From Blasia pusilla (taxonomy: Eukaryota): a stretch of 64,000 nt of DNA. The stretch spans positions 42,532,001 to 42,596,000 of the forward strand of contig CM114271.1 in assembly GCA_050084515.1 (NCBI GenBank), read 5' to 3'. Both the position numbers and the translations under genes were made by a program. The notes under the pieces were generated by a model. It searched no databases and was not told the origin of the DNA. It saw only the letters and a list, made by a program, of their open reading frames with translations. Below are positions 1 through 12,949 of the stretch, one piece after another (positions within the stretch are counted from its first letter, which is position 1; each line of letters begins with the position of its first letter).

Positions 1-786
1 TCTATTTCGCAACTGGCGGGAACGATTACATCCACAACTATGTTACCAACGACACAGACGCTGCACTCCTGCCCCACGAGGCATTCAATGCCCTCCTCCT
101 CACGACTTTTGAAGCCCAATTGAAGGTTAGATCTACTCGAAATAAGTCTAAAAGACCGCGGAAGCTGCTACTAATGACTACTCTCGTGAAGCTTGCTTTT
201 ATGTGAGAGACCAAATGCCTGACTGACTGTCGAGATATACCTTGGATCATTTGGCCACAATGTTCTGAGCTTTCAATTGGTTGTGATGTGCAGACGCTGT
301 TTTATGCGGGAGCTCGCAAGATTGTTGTGCTCGGGATCGGGCCTGTGGGATGTGCTCCTCACTTTCTGTGGGCTACCGGCACGACAACCGGCGAGTGCAT
401 GACGAAAGTGAATGGGTATGTATCCGAGTACAACGATGGACTGAGAACTATGATCGGGACCTTCAATGAGCAGAATCGCGGAGCTCATGTCATATACCGA
501 GATATCTACAACGTTGTCTATCAGCTCTCCAAAAGCCCGCTCGATCACGGTGAGCTCCTCTGACAACAGCATGGGGACTTGTTTGTAGGTGTCCGTCACA
601 GGTGGCATTTCAAATCTGAACTTCAGATTTGCTCGAATTTGTCGGGGTCTGTTCACCCGCGACATAGAAATCTTACCCTCACCCGCGACCTGGCCATTGT
701 AAAATTGCTGCGACGCGGTCGGAGAAGTTTGTGTGCGATCTACTAAACACCCGATGTGTCATGCGGTGAGCGTGGATCGAACACGC

Positions 787-829
<43 letters not shown>

Positions 830-1209
830 CCGCGCATGTCTTCTTTTTCCTTTGTCATTCTATTGAAATAACTATTACTGAAATGATCGCAGGTTTTCTC
901 GTTGGATCCACGGCATGTTGCGGTGCAGGGCCTTACGGGGGCGGCAATCGGTGCCTAACTCCTCTCATGGCGTGCTCCAATCCGTCGCAGTACGTCTGGT
1001 GGGATTTGTACCATCCTTCTCACCGTGCCAATCACTTCATAGCATCTCAAATCTGGAACGGCGTGGATCCTGCTTTCGAGATCAACACACCTGCTCCTTC
1101 ACCTTCTACCGATACCGGCGGTCTAAGCAACAGCACCATGCGCAAGCCTACCATCACCTTCATGACTCTTCAACAACTTGCGCTTCTTGACTTGGGCGAT
1201 ACGGACTGA
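1..1209 (+). CDS. GDSL esterase/lipase, 3' part; exons <1-125, 294-549, 893-1209
   Basis: Block III GGNDY, LFYAGARKIVVLGIGPVGCAP, ACCGAGPY, catalytic WWDLYHPS (DxxH); GT-AG introns 126-293 and 550-892 preserve the frame. Confidence 0.92.
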
Positions 1210-1789
1210 TCTCAAGCTTCACAAACTCTTCATTTCAAATGGGCCCCAAAATAGCTCATGAGCTGCCGTAAGCGACTGAAATGGTTCACCGTGAACAATT
1301 TTTTCATGCAAGTCCATCTTAGTGTTATTCTTTATGGTCGATTTTCGCTTGGGCAGGAAGTCTCCGTTTTGAATGTAGGAAACCAACTTTGTATGAGTAA
1401 CAGAAAGTTAATTTCGCCATGAGTGCGGGCAGTCACGTTGAATGTCAATAAATGTACATGTTTCTATTCGGATTTGATCGATTGGGCCTGGCTGTGCGAA
1501 CGGGCCATCTGCGTAGACAATTTTGGGACACTCCGCAACATTTGCAGACATGAAAATCGGGACGAGGATATTTTTTACGAGACAGCAACCATCCTCTGAG
1601 AGTCCCGAGACGTGTGGAAGGTCCACACGGTATGAAAAGCATTGCATATACCCTGTGCATCCTCCCATGACATGAAATGCTTCCCCAGGTTTGGATTCAC
1701 CTTAACAGCACGAGGTCGAAACTGGGTCCATATCTAGTTGTCATCCGGAAATTGTCGATCCGAGTCCTTATTTCCTATAAGGATTACGG

Positions 1790-1877
1790 ATGTCGTACAT
1801 TCGTTCGAAGCTTTTCTTCTATCATCCGCTAATGTCGTACATTCGTTCGATGCTTTTCTTCTATCATCCGCTAATGT
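1790..1877. repeat. 42-bp tandem duplication (2 copies)
   Basis: ATGTCGTACATTCGTTCGAWGCTTTTCTTCTATCATCCGCTA at 1790 and 1832. Confidence 0.9.
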
Positions 1878-2611
1878 GGTATGTACTTAGTGGTCAAGGA
1901 AGAGCCTTTAACGGACCATGTTGAGTGGGCTCCGTATCTCACATAAACCAACACATGGTGGAAGAATTTCTCACATCGCACTGCAGGTAGCTTGGATATT
2001 AGAACAGAGATTCATAGGTTAACGCATGTTTCTCGCTTTTCTCACCGGCGTAACTGGAATTGATTTAGCCGGGAATCATTCCCACTGGGTTGAGCGCCTA
2101 TTCGTAGGCTTCTTCCGCGCTGGTGACAGGGTATCCAAAAGTCTTAAGTTTTCAATGGAATTTCTGATCTTCTATGTTGTATTATCCTTGGAAGGATCGG
2201 CAGTGATGCCAATCCTAAAGGGTTGAAAGAAATTTTGTCGGCCATATGTCTTGATAGTCCATACAGCACACATCCGAAATGCGCGTGGTATACATAACCA
2301 ACCGACCCTTTTTAATACCAGACAGGGCTGGTTTCTCAGAGTATATAGCTTGCACGAACTAGTTTTTTGTTCTTCACTTATGGGTTATCCCATTAAACCG
2401 TAACAGTTTGTCATCGTGAATAACGGAGAGACGAGTTACATACCCATCCACAAATGAGAGAGCATGACACTTGGAGCTCGTTGGTTGTATCATAGCGACA
2501 GGGCTGCTTGTCGCAGTCTCGAGCGAGAGCGGAGTCACGAGATTGGTGTACTAGCAAGTGAGCCAACCAATTAGGGTAGGTGTGTCAGGGGACCCACCGA
2601 AGGATCCTACA

Positions 2612-3210
2612 ATATCGACCTCGTCCGTCCACTACTCCGAGTGCTATCTACCACGGCACTCGGAGTAGTGGACGGACGTGAAATATAGCACACTATCGAC
2701 CTCGTCCGTCCACTACTCCAACGGAATATTCTTTGCCAATGTCCTCTTGGTTCGGGGCAACCCGCTACATGGATTTCATGTAAACCCGCCAAAGGATGGA
2801 TTTCATGTACATATAATATGCACAGAATCTTTAAGAATTTTGGAAATTTCTTTTTCATAATAGTAAAAAGATTCTTGTTGTTTTTGTCATGTGCCAACCA
2901 AAGAATTGTTTGCAAATAAAAATAAGGTGCATGTTTGGGAGAGGTGAGGTGTTAAAATATGCGGACGTGAAATATGGTCTTGGGTGGGTATATCACGTCT
3001 TTTAAAATACATCGGTGAGATCTAGTAGACCGCTTTCGTGAGTAGTGGAGGATAGACTCAGTACATCAAGGACGACCTGCTGAGGCCTCGAGAACCATAT
3101 TAAAAAACTTTGTTTCGGCTCATTTGGAGTCATTGAAAAACTTATTATTTTAGGTAAGTACCATTTTGTGTATATGATCAACTTTATATTTTTGGTAAGT
3201 GATCATTGAC
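2612..3210. mobile_element. Probable ~600-bp non-autonomous insertion within the 5' terminal segment of copy 1
   Basis: Flanked by ATCCTACA (2604-2611) / TTCCTACA (3211-3218); contains a 23-bp perfect stem (2622-2644/2656-2678); no clear TIRs. Confidence 0.4.
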
Positions 3211-3293
3211 TTCCTACATCATGTCAAGAGCCAAGCAGGTGACTTGAGAGAATAGGTTAGTTACCATGGAGAGAGCTTGGGAGAGGGTAAGGG

Positions 3294-3512
3294 TATACTT
3301 CAAGGAGAGAGAGCTTGAGAGTTCATTCTCTCTTTGTTTAACCTCTTGGCATAAAGCGGCGGAGCTATGGTCCCTTGCCTTGTGAGTGTAACCCAAGCCT
3401 CTCATCAGGAGAGTGAGTTTGGTTTGACATGAGAGAGAGTGCACACCTTTGAGAGCTATGGTGTGAAATGGTGTAGAGAGAGATTGGATCTTATTTTACA
3501 AAGAGAGAATGA
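3294..3512 (+). promoter_or_regulatory. Copy 1 putative TATA-like box, transcript 5' end and self-priming PBS
   Basis: TATACTT at 3294; TCATTCTCTCTTTGT (3323-3337) is the exact reverse complement of ACAAAGAGAGAATGA (3498-3512). Confidence 0.7.
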
Positions 3513-6500
3513 GAGAGCTTCATGGGGGAGCTCACTCGTCACTCGTTGTTTTTGCAGGTTGGGGACCGTGGTCCCCGTTCAACGGCTCATGGGAGTGCTC
3601 ACCGGAGCAAGGGCTGCTTTGATTGTTCTTTGCATTTGCCGATTTTTGGTGTGGAAGAGTGGTGCGCGGAAGCGCTGCCCAATTTTTGATAGGGATTGAT
3701 TATAGGGGCGGGTTGCCCCATGCCAGTGCTCTCGGGAGCACTATGTAGCTTGTTGATTTGAACTTTTACAGGTTTTACATTTTCGTTGGGAGAAATCAGT
3801 GCGGAAGCGCTGCCGAATTTTGTGTAGGAGAAAGAGACATTGGGCTTTACAAAAGTCCCTGTCAGTTTTTACTGGAATGTCCGATTCTAAATATTTTTTG
3901 GTGCTGTTGTAGATCATCAAGCTGTGCACACTGTGCAACAAATAGTGCGCAATTTGGAGTTTTGAGCAAAAATTATGGTCAATCTTGAAAAATTTCAATT
4001 GCTAGGCAATTTTTAGGGTTAAATTGTTCAAACCCTAAACCAGCGCCCACGCCGGCGGCGGCCCTTGCCGTCATAGTCACCATCAGCGATCAACCATCAT
4101 CGTCAACGGTCCATCGTCCATTGTCCACCCTTTGGTTGCTATTGCCGCCGTTACGGAGTGGAGGGTCTTCTACGACGTTCATTGATTCTCTGACTTGCGT
4201 TGCCACCACGTACTTTGTTTTGGCCGCCACCGTCATCGCAGTTTTGTCATCAACCAGTGATGGCAGACGACCTCCGGTTATGGTGTTTGAGTTGTGATTT
4301 CATGCTGCTATGTTGTGATTAGTAGCCGCTCGACGACGATCGAGTACCGTGCTGTGACGCCCGTAGCCGCAACGCGCCGCCGATTGCCACGCCGTGCCGC
4401 TCGTGGCCGCATCCCATCGTCTCGATCGTGGAGCCGCACCATCATTGTGGAGCAGAGTGTGGGTTTATTGTTGATTGAGGAGGGTATGCCGCCAAGTGCC
4501 GCATCCCACCATCGAGGGCCGTGCTGTTCGTAGCCGATTTGTGCCGCCTGCAACGCCGCACCGTTCCGATGGAACCGCAATGTCTATCGAGGAGTTTTGA
4601 GCAGCGTCAGTACGGGAGGAGTATGACTTGCTGATTGGAGGAGTTATCTCCACGACAGAGTTGGGGTCGAGATTTGCAATTGCTGAGGAGCGACATCGAC
4701 ATGTGTTCAGGTTATCCATTATGGTCCTTTATCCTGCACGTGTGAGGGATTCTGGGATTTGGGTAGTTTATTTGGGGATATTCGCTGTGTGGATACTGAG
4801 AGCATCATTTATGCATGTGGTTTAGGGAACATAGAACTATGTGGGATGTCCAGAGTTGAGGGTAGGTTGTCGATGAGATGATAGTCTGGTCGATTTGGCG
4901 CACCACGCCTCTTGTTGCCGCACGTTACACGTCTTGGGGAGGGAGAGTGTAGATTGAGTGCCGCATGTTTGGGATGAGAGATTGAGGGATTACTCGTGAG
5001 GCGAGAGTGATCGGATGAGAGGGGCAAGAGGGTCATCACGGCGACCATTCGGGACTTTGAGAGGCGAGGTGGTGAACCCAAGAGTACCTGTAGAGGTTTC
5101 AAGCAGAGTGGCGCGAGGTTGCGAGGATCTCCATGTGAGGGACCACCTCGACCTCCTTCTTTGTCATCGTCAGACGAGGAGGAGGGTGTAGAGGAGTTTG
5201 TGAGCACATCACCACACATTGTGAGTGGTCCAACCAGTTGGGCATACGAGATGGACGACCGGGGTAGAGGACCTCGTAGGTTTTCAGGTGCAGTAGGTAC
5301 GATTGAGTTGCATGATGTCAAAGCAGAGTTTAGGAGCTGGCCAGAAACTCTAGAGAGTTCAACCCGTTTACAACATGGAACGGTATGTTCCAGAATTTAG
5401 AGGGGGCGCCCATGGACGATTACCATGAGTTCTCTCACAGATATGCACGTGAGATCGAGGCATGGAGGCCCTACTATGACCCACATTATGTGTCATGGAC
5501 GGAGCCGTTCCCAGATGAGGAGGAGGAGTTAGGAGAGGCTACTTCCTCTTCCACTAGTGACGTTTTAGGAGGGGTCACTCGCACAGGAGTAGTTGCATCG
5601 TGTAGTCGGGTTCGTCCCAGGTTCAACCCTATGATTGAGTTCTTTGCTGAGTTGAGGGCGAGCTACTAGGGGGTAGGGATGGAGAAGTTGCGGAGCATCT
5701 ATGACTCCTAGAGGCGCCCGAGTGAGAGTTTGCGTGAGGTTTACACTCGCTTGCGCCGGTTGATCAACGTCACTCAGGGGGTGACAGAGGCTCACGCTAT
5801 CTACTCATGGTACGCGATGCTAGACCGGACCGTGCGGACACGGGTGCGGGAGGGGTGCTTCTTATGAACACCTCCCCTACATTGAGAGATGTTTTTAGGA
5901 GCGCCGAGAACATTGAGCACAACATGGCGGAGGAGATCGTAGTCACCATGGGTTCAGGGCGAGAGCAGTCGCGATTGTCTACACCACCTATGCAGCAACG
6001 TGGACTCCGAGATAGGTTAACTGTGGCACCACGAGCTCAGGGAGGATACCGGGAGGCCGTGCCACAGAGACCTGCGCCTTCATATGCGGCTCAGCAGCAA
6101 CCACCTACTATCACTTGTTGGTCATGTGGTGGAGCCCATCATCAGCACGATTGCACTCGTCAGGGTCATGGACGTGTGCCTCAGCATGGAGAAGGAGATG
6201 GTGCTGCACCAGGAGGTTATCAGTGTGACTATTTTCAGAGGTATGGTCATAGACACGCCAGGTGTTTCACTTAACATCCTGAGTTACGTCCAAACCGAGG
6301 GCCAGAGAGGGCACCAGAGCGAGTAGCCGGTCCGGATGGGCTAGAGATCGTGCACCAGGTGGTCCCGTTGGGGGATGAGGAGCTGGAGTTGCCCAACACG
6401 GTGGTGGAGCTGCCCGTGGAGGAGGTAGAGTCCTACCACCTAGATGCATCGAGGGAGATGCCTGGCGTGAGGCTAGGATGGTTGTTCTGATACATCAGCT

Positions 6501-7934
6501 ACAGGAGCAGATTGCTGCTATAGGATTGAAATTACCCGATGCCGGATCAGTGGCATCGACATCATATGGAGCAGTGAGAGATATGGAGGATCCTGGTTGG
6601 ATGTGGGGCATTGCCTAGATGGAGGCAGCCGCAGTTGTGATGTGTAGAGCAGCCGCAGAGTTGGATCCACAGCGAGGGGAAGCCAGGAAACAGACTAGGC
6701 TTCCTCAGTCTTTCACGTTGTCCGAGGCGATGAGGACCCCATCGGTGGGTCCTGATCAGACTTCCTGGAGAGTTGGTGATGTTGGTTTGCAGGCACGGAG
6801 GGCAATGGGAGAAGCAAGTGCGACCACTCCTATTGTTGAGGGGCATGTGTCGAGTACGTTTTTGGGGGCTGCCACCATTGTGTACCGCGCTCCTTTATTT
6901 TCTGCTTTCGATGTTATGACGTTGGGGGGTACGCCCGCCGAGGCTTTTCGGCTGGCCGCTATGCTATGTGAGCGTGGAGTTTGAGTTCTTCCATCACGTT
7001 TAGAGGTGATTGCAGAGGAGGTGATGGACCTGCCCTTGGAGCGGATGCTCGGGCCGTCCACGTCAGATTCATGGCAAGCTGTGGTTGCTAGGATGGCGGA
7101 GATGCCCGTTAGACCCGAGATAGAGCGTGCCATGGCTTGTCTTGGTGTTGTGTTGCTAGATAACCAAGGAGAGGTCTTCCAATTGGTGAGTCCCGGAGGT
7201 AGAGCTTTTAGTCCAAAGCGCATTTTGTTGGATTAAGGAGCGCAACCCCTGATGTTAGGGAAAGCGTCATTCAAAGGATTGGGCTTGACGAGAGCCAATG
7301 TGGAGCGTTTTCCATTCCGGATACAGACATCCTTGGGTGGAGCAAGTACCACACAATATATCACTCGATAGGAGGTTGTGGTGAGGATTCTCCCGGGACA
7401 TCCTACAGATGAGTCCGTGGGGCGAGCCAAGGCGATAGTGACTGATGCAGAGTCCTACGACGTCTTGGTTGGTGGAGCAGTGTTATACCCAATGGGGTTT
7501 GCCCTTGATTATTGGGAGGAGTCAACGTCCTACAGACCAGGATGGCAGTCAAGTGATGGGCGCTCATTACCCGTTCAATTCACAAGTGTAGTGATTGAGC
7601 AACGGCCAGGAGAGATGGCGACCTTAGCAACATTTACCATTGCCATCACTTGGCCTAGTGATTTGATTGAGGGACATGTCCATGTAGAGAATACTCCTGT
7701 TCTTGACATTTCTATGGAGAGGAGTGTTATGGTAGCCGCATCATTCGGTGGATGAGAGGTGCCGCTGTGGGGTTTGACTGAGGAGCTTTGACGATTGGCA
7801 GATGAGCACGTGTAGACCACGTGGAGCGAGGCATTTGCACCGGAGCGTGACGGGTCTGAGGAACCCGAGGTAGTTGGGAGTGCTATGATGACACCCTTGG
7901 ATACCACATCCATTGTGTGGTGTAACCGGAGGAG

Positions 7935-8865
7935 GGTATTCGAGTGTTAGATCTCTTTGGAGGGATTAGCACCTGGTTAGCTCTTGTTTTGCAGGCAAGA
8001 GTGCGAGTACAACAGTACACGTATGTAGAGAGTGATGATGTTATGAGGCGCGTCTCACTATGACATATGGCGCAGTTACGCCTACGTTTTTTTGACTTGT
8101 TGTCTGCGTCCACGGTACAAGAGTACCAGAGTTCCCTACCGAGGGATATTTCGTTGTTGGGGGTGCAGGACTTAGAGCGGGTAGGGATCATTGATTTGGT
8201 TATTTCTGGTTGGCCATGTCAGAGCCAATCGAGTGCTGGACGAGGCCGCGGGTTGGCTGACACTCGGTCCAGTTTGTTTTGGGAGATGTTGAGGGTCTTA
8301 TGGTAGTTGCAGGAGCACCAGTCTCGTTCTCCAGCCTACATTCTGGAGAATGTGCCGATCTTAGGAGACTCCAGGTCACGGGTGGTGACGAGTGGTCATA
8401 AGGTGCGTGTCTGGATTGGCCCAACAATGTTCTTGGATGCGGCGAGTGTAGTATCTAGAGCCCATCGCCCGCATCTATGGTGGACCAACTTGGTGCCCCA
8501 TGCGATGTTACGGAGGGCGTATGTAAGAGTGGAGCACCCCTCCCATTTTTTAGTGGATTCCATTATGGATCCAAGTCGTCAATCACAGGTAGTGAGGCAC
8601 GATGATCGACCACCGTTGACTGTGGTCAACAAGGTAGCGAGCAGAGCGAGCGCCTTGCCCACGTTGTGAGTTTTCCGCTTCCTATGCATACAAGGAGGCC
8701 GGTCCTGGCTTGGTTTGGGATGACCAGGTTCAGCGGTTGGTGGAGCCCAACGCGGACGAGAGAGAGCGAGCGATGGGATTTTGGGGTAGCGGCAACACCG
8801 TTAGTGTCAGAGGCATCACGACGCCATGTCTTGGGTCAGGAAATGGACCTGAACTGCTTGACATG
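7935..8865 (+). other. DNMT3-like C5 cytosine methyltransferase domain within pol (copy 1)
   Basis: Motif I VLDLFGGIST, IV ISGWPCQ, VI LENV, VIII AHRPHLWWTNL, IX ERERAMGF, X RRHVLGQEMDLN, in linear order. Confidence 0.9.
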
Positions 8866-11800
8866 GATCCTCAGCTTGGGAGTGGCTGAGCAGCGTCGTA
8901 TGAGATCGCGACAGATCATAGCGGTTGTGTTGGTGAGCCCCATGCCTACCAAGACGGTGGAGGCAGTGGCTAGGGGCGAGACCTGAGGAGACCTACACAC
9001 CATGAGAGATCAGGAGAGACACCCTTGGACTTCTTGGGATGTTTTGTAGGTACGCCAGAGATGATAGCCACAACATTGAGCGTGGTTTCGGACACTGCAC
9101 GTGGAGGAGATCAGAGTTTGCAATTGGCTGCAGGAGAGCGACCGAGTGTTGTTGTTCGAGATGAGGTTGCACCATAGCAATCACCGATACCCGCGCCGGA
9201 GAGTCCTACCGTAGTAATGATGGAGATTTGGGAGCCATATATGGGCCCTAAGTTGACAAGAGGAGAGTGGCGCCGGATTCATCAGTTCCTCAAGAGTTAT
9301 AGGAGCTGCTTTGCGTTTAGCATGGAGGATTTGGGTACGCTGAAGGGACCGGGGATCCGCATTGAGTTGTCGAGTGGTACGCCGATCTTTCGACGACCCT
9401 ACAGGTACAGTGATATGGAGAGGGCTCTGATTTAGAGTAGGAGCCAGGACTTGGTCGGAGTAGGATCTAGTGGAGATGTCGCATGGGGAGTATGCATCTG
9501 CCACTATCATGCCCGCCAAGAAGGATGTGCATGGCAACTGGATGGATAGGCGGATGTGCGGGGATTACCGACCTATCAATATGCAGACAAAGCCTGATAG
9601 GTATGCCATGCCCACCCCTAAGGAGATCTTTGATGCGATTGGTCACGCAAACGTCTTTAGTTCATTGGATTTGCAAGCGGGATACCATCAGCTGCCTATC
9701 AGATTGGAGGACAGACAGAAGATGGTATTTTGGGGCATCGATCCTCACGGGAAGGATTGTTTGTACCAGTGGCGGTTCTTACCATTTGGGTTAAAGAACG
9801 CCCCGACTGAGTTTCAGAGGGTCATAGATAGGATCTTGGCTGGTCTGGATTTTGCTAGGTGTTATATTGATGACATCGTGGTCTTTAGCGCCACGGTTGA
9901 GGAGCATGAGCGACATCTAGAGGAGGTGTTTTGACGATTGCAATTACATGGGCTGAAGCTACATCCAGGCAAGTGCAAGTTCTTCTATGACCATATTGAG
10001 TACTTGGGTCATATGATATATCCTAGGAGCCTTGGTGTTCAACAGACAAAGGTAGAGGCTATCTCACGCATTCCACACCCTACAGATGTGAGCCGTGTTT
10101 GCGCATTCATGGGATTGGAAAACTTCTATCGGCGGTACGTCAAGGGATTCAGTTCGATTGCAAAGCCGCTAACCTTGCTGACCAAGGTGGATCACGAGTG
10201 GCATTTGGGGGATGAGCAGGAGCAAGCATTTCAGTTGCTCAAAGACATGTTGACGTCCGTGCCCATCTTGAGGAGACCGATTAGGGGGCGTCCTTTCCAG
10301 TTGCACAGAGATTGGAGCATGTTGGGGCTTGGAGCGGTGCTCATTCAACATGATGATGAGGGTAGAGAGTTCATGGTGGCTTACACTAGCCACTTGAACA
10401 ACGCTGCAGAGACAAAGTACAGCTCGTATGAGGGTGAGTGCTTGGCTGCGGTGTGGGCTGTCGCGCATTTCAGGTGTTACTTATTCGGCAACGCCTTTAC
10501 CATCATCATTGATCATCAACCACTAAAGTGGTTGATGGAGTCCGACAAGCTTATAGGGAAGCTTACGAGATGGGCTCTATTATTGCAGGAGTATGTTTTT
10601 CAAGTGGTACATAGACTTGGGATGCTCAACCAAGATGCGGATGGGTTGAGTCATAACCCATGCCCGAGTCAGCGAGATACGACTGGAGCTCGATGGCATG
10701 GAGAGAGTGATGAGGAGTCAGTGCCAAGATGGCACGCGTTAGCCTATTTAGGCATGTTGGCTATGGAGAGCCAGAGTGTGGAGACTTCGATGGCGAGGTC
10801 TAATGGAGAGTCCTTGGATCCCGAGGCCAGTGAGGAGATGACAAGTGGCCGAGATATTCATGATGATGGAGTAGTCTTGGAGTAACTTTGTACTGGTAGC
10901 GTTGCGAGCACCGTGGATGCTAGAGAGCGGGATCGGATCCTACAACGAGCCAGACGGTTCCATTGGGAGGGGACACATGTTTTGAGGGTTTGGGAGGATG
11001 GCAGAGTACACGCGTAGTGCTGCATCCTTCACAAAGAGCACGACTAGTGCAGCATGCCCACGAGGAGTTGGGTCACTTTGGGGTGAAGCGGACGTACAAC
11101 TTGCTACAGATTCAGTATTGGTGGCGAGACATGCAGATTGACGTTCAACAGTTTCTTGCCAAGTGTATGGTGTGTGATCGGGTTTGAGCATCGTTCAATG
11201 CTCCGACTCCAGAGTTGCATCCATTACCAATCATGGGCTTAGGGTATAGATGGAGTTTGGATTTTGCAGGACCTTTGCCTTTGACGGAGCGTCACGGTCG
11301 TTATGTGTTGGTGATGGTTGATCACTTCTCCAAGTGGATCGAATTGATTGCATTACCTGACAAAGCGAGTGAGGGAGTAGCTTATGCCTTCCTTGACAGA
11401 GTGTTGAGTCATTATGGCGCACCGGCTGAGATGTTGACAGACCACGGTACCGAGTTTCACGGTGAGTTCCAGGCCTTGTGTGATCAGGCGCTGATCGACC
11501 ACCGCACGACTTTGCGAGATCATCCCGAGGCGGATGGATTAGCGGAGAGAGTTGTCACCTAGGAGATTGGGACCTCCAATTTCCCTCGTTGGCGATGGGA
11601 TACAGATTCGGCAAGCAAGCACCCTTAGCGTCTTTTTTATCGTACTTGCTTCTTTATGGCCGAGAGCCAGATTTACCTGCGGCCATTCATCGAGATGCTA
11701 GTGAGGTGCTGGACCTTGATCACCCAGATGTATGGATGCGAGCATGTTCTCGGAGGGTTGAGTTATTTTGGAGAGTGATGCCCATGACGCTCGAGAACTT

Positions 11801-12111
11801 GGCGATTGCACAGCATCGGAATACGTTGAGGTATGCAACTATTTGGGGTGGTGGTTATCGACAAACTATTTGGAGGTTTCATCAGGAGAGATTATGTCTA
11901 CTTGCAGTAGACATCACCGACGACGTTGGATGTGACTACAGGGCGCACTATCGTGAGAGTGCGTGACGTTTTGCCATCCGGTGTTCTCTTGTTGGAGGGA
12001 CGCGATGGTATGGTATGGAAGGATCATGTGCATAATTGTGCACCATGTCACCTTCCTAACATTGATGGTCAAGTAGATCCGAGCTTAGCAGTAGTTCATG
12101 CAGGCTTGCGT

Positions 12112-12252
12112 TGTATGTTGTGTGGTTCTGTCCGTGATGCGGCCACGATGCTAGTCTGTGATGGATGTTCGAGAGGTTGGAATATGGCATGTATGACGCC
12201 ACCTCTCACTAGGGTTCCTCGGGGACGATGGATGTGTCCCAGATGTACATAG
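12112..12252 (+). other. PHD finger at integrase C-terminus (copy 1)
   Basis: CMLC...[33 protein letters not shown] (His ligand changed to Asn in this copy). Confidence 0.9.
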
Positions 12253-12429
12253 AGGAGATACTAGGTAGGTTTCGATTCTGAATTTTTCTATGACATGGAT
12301 GACAGGAAGGCGACTAACGATGGGACCACATGAGCACCCGACCTTTTTGCTCTTAGCGTTCTAGAGATGTATGTCGTGATACCTAGGGATAGAGGACTAT
12401 TTGGAGTTAGAGGGACCTAACCACCAGCT

Positions 12430-12566
12430 AGGGGGGTCATTAGAGATATTTTAGTACTTGTTGTCTCGTTGTTTGGATGCCATGAGTTAGCATGGGATCG
12501 TGCGTGTTTGTGTGTGTGTTCGGTGACAGCCATGTATGTTGTGTAGCGATGTGTATGCACATGACA
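12430..12566 (+). repeat. PPT (AGGGGGG 12430-12436) and ~128-bp terminal segment B of copy 1
   Basis: Ends GTATGTTGTGTAGCGATGTGTATGCACATGACA, a tail shared with the ends of copies 2 and 3. Confidence 0.85.
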
Positions 12567-12949
12567 GGTGCGTCAGGTGAGGTTTTTGCTTTGAATCCTA
12601 ATTGTGCCACATAGCGGGATCTTTGTCGCTCACCCATGTACATGGTGGAGTTCTTGTGCGCGAGGGAAGGTAATGCAATTTTTGTACTTAATGGCATTGT
12701 TGATCTTGTCCCATTAGTAAGTGTCTTGGTGGCATAATACCCTCTACATGGGCAGATTGGACTATCATAAGGGTGTCATCCAATTATCTCATTTTTGGTC
12801 ATTAGAGAATTAGAAGATCTTGATCGTTACGATCTCGCTGATCTCGTCTCTCATTAGCATCCTTGTCATACCCATGCTACTGAGGTGCCCGTAATATAAT
12901 TGCAAATTTTATTTCATCCCAAGGATTTCTTTGAACTCTACATTTTGTG

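Larger units (their letters stand above)
5251..12252 (+). pseudogene. Degenerate gag-pol of copy 1 (Gag, aspartic protease, DNMT, RT, RNase H, integrase, PHD)
   Basis: CWSCGGAHHQHDC knuckle; ILLD*GAQP protease; RMCGDYRPIN, LPFGLKNAP, YIDD (RT); DWSMLG, YSSYEGECLA, DHQPL, DADGLS (RNase H); HAHEELGH..CMVC, WSLDF, LTDHG, AERVV (IN); many stops and frameshifts. Confidence 0.95.
2583..12566 (+). mobile_element. Copy 1 of DNMT3/PHD-carrying Ty3/Gypsy-like retrotransposon (A-body-PPT-B, no paired LTRs)
   Basis: TGTCA...TGACA termini flanked by GGTG (2579-2582, 12567-12570); gag-PR-DNMT-RT-RH-IN-PHD inside; the right end matches the ends of copies 2 and 3. The left boundary is less certain (alternative TGTCA at 3222). 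Confidence 0.85.

Noticed and set aside
12567-12900. CA-GG-TG after copy 1 as a possible B/A2 junction
   Set aside because: The downstream sequence matches the 5' segment for only ~9 nt and no second B follows; GGTG is better read as the TSD, though this is not certain
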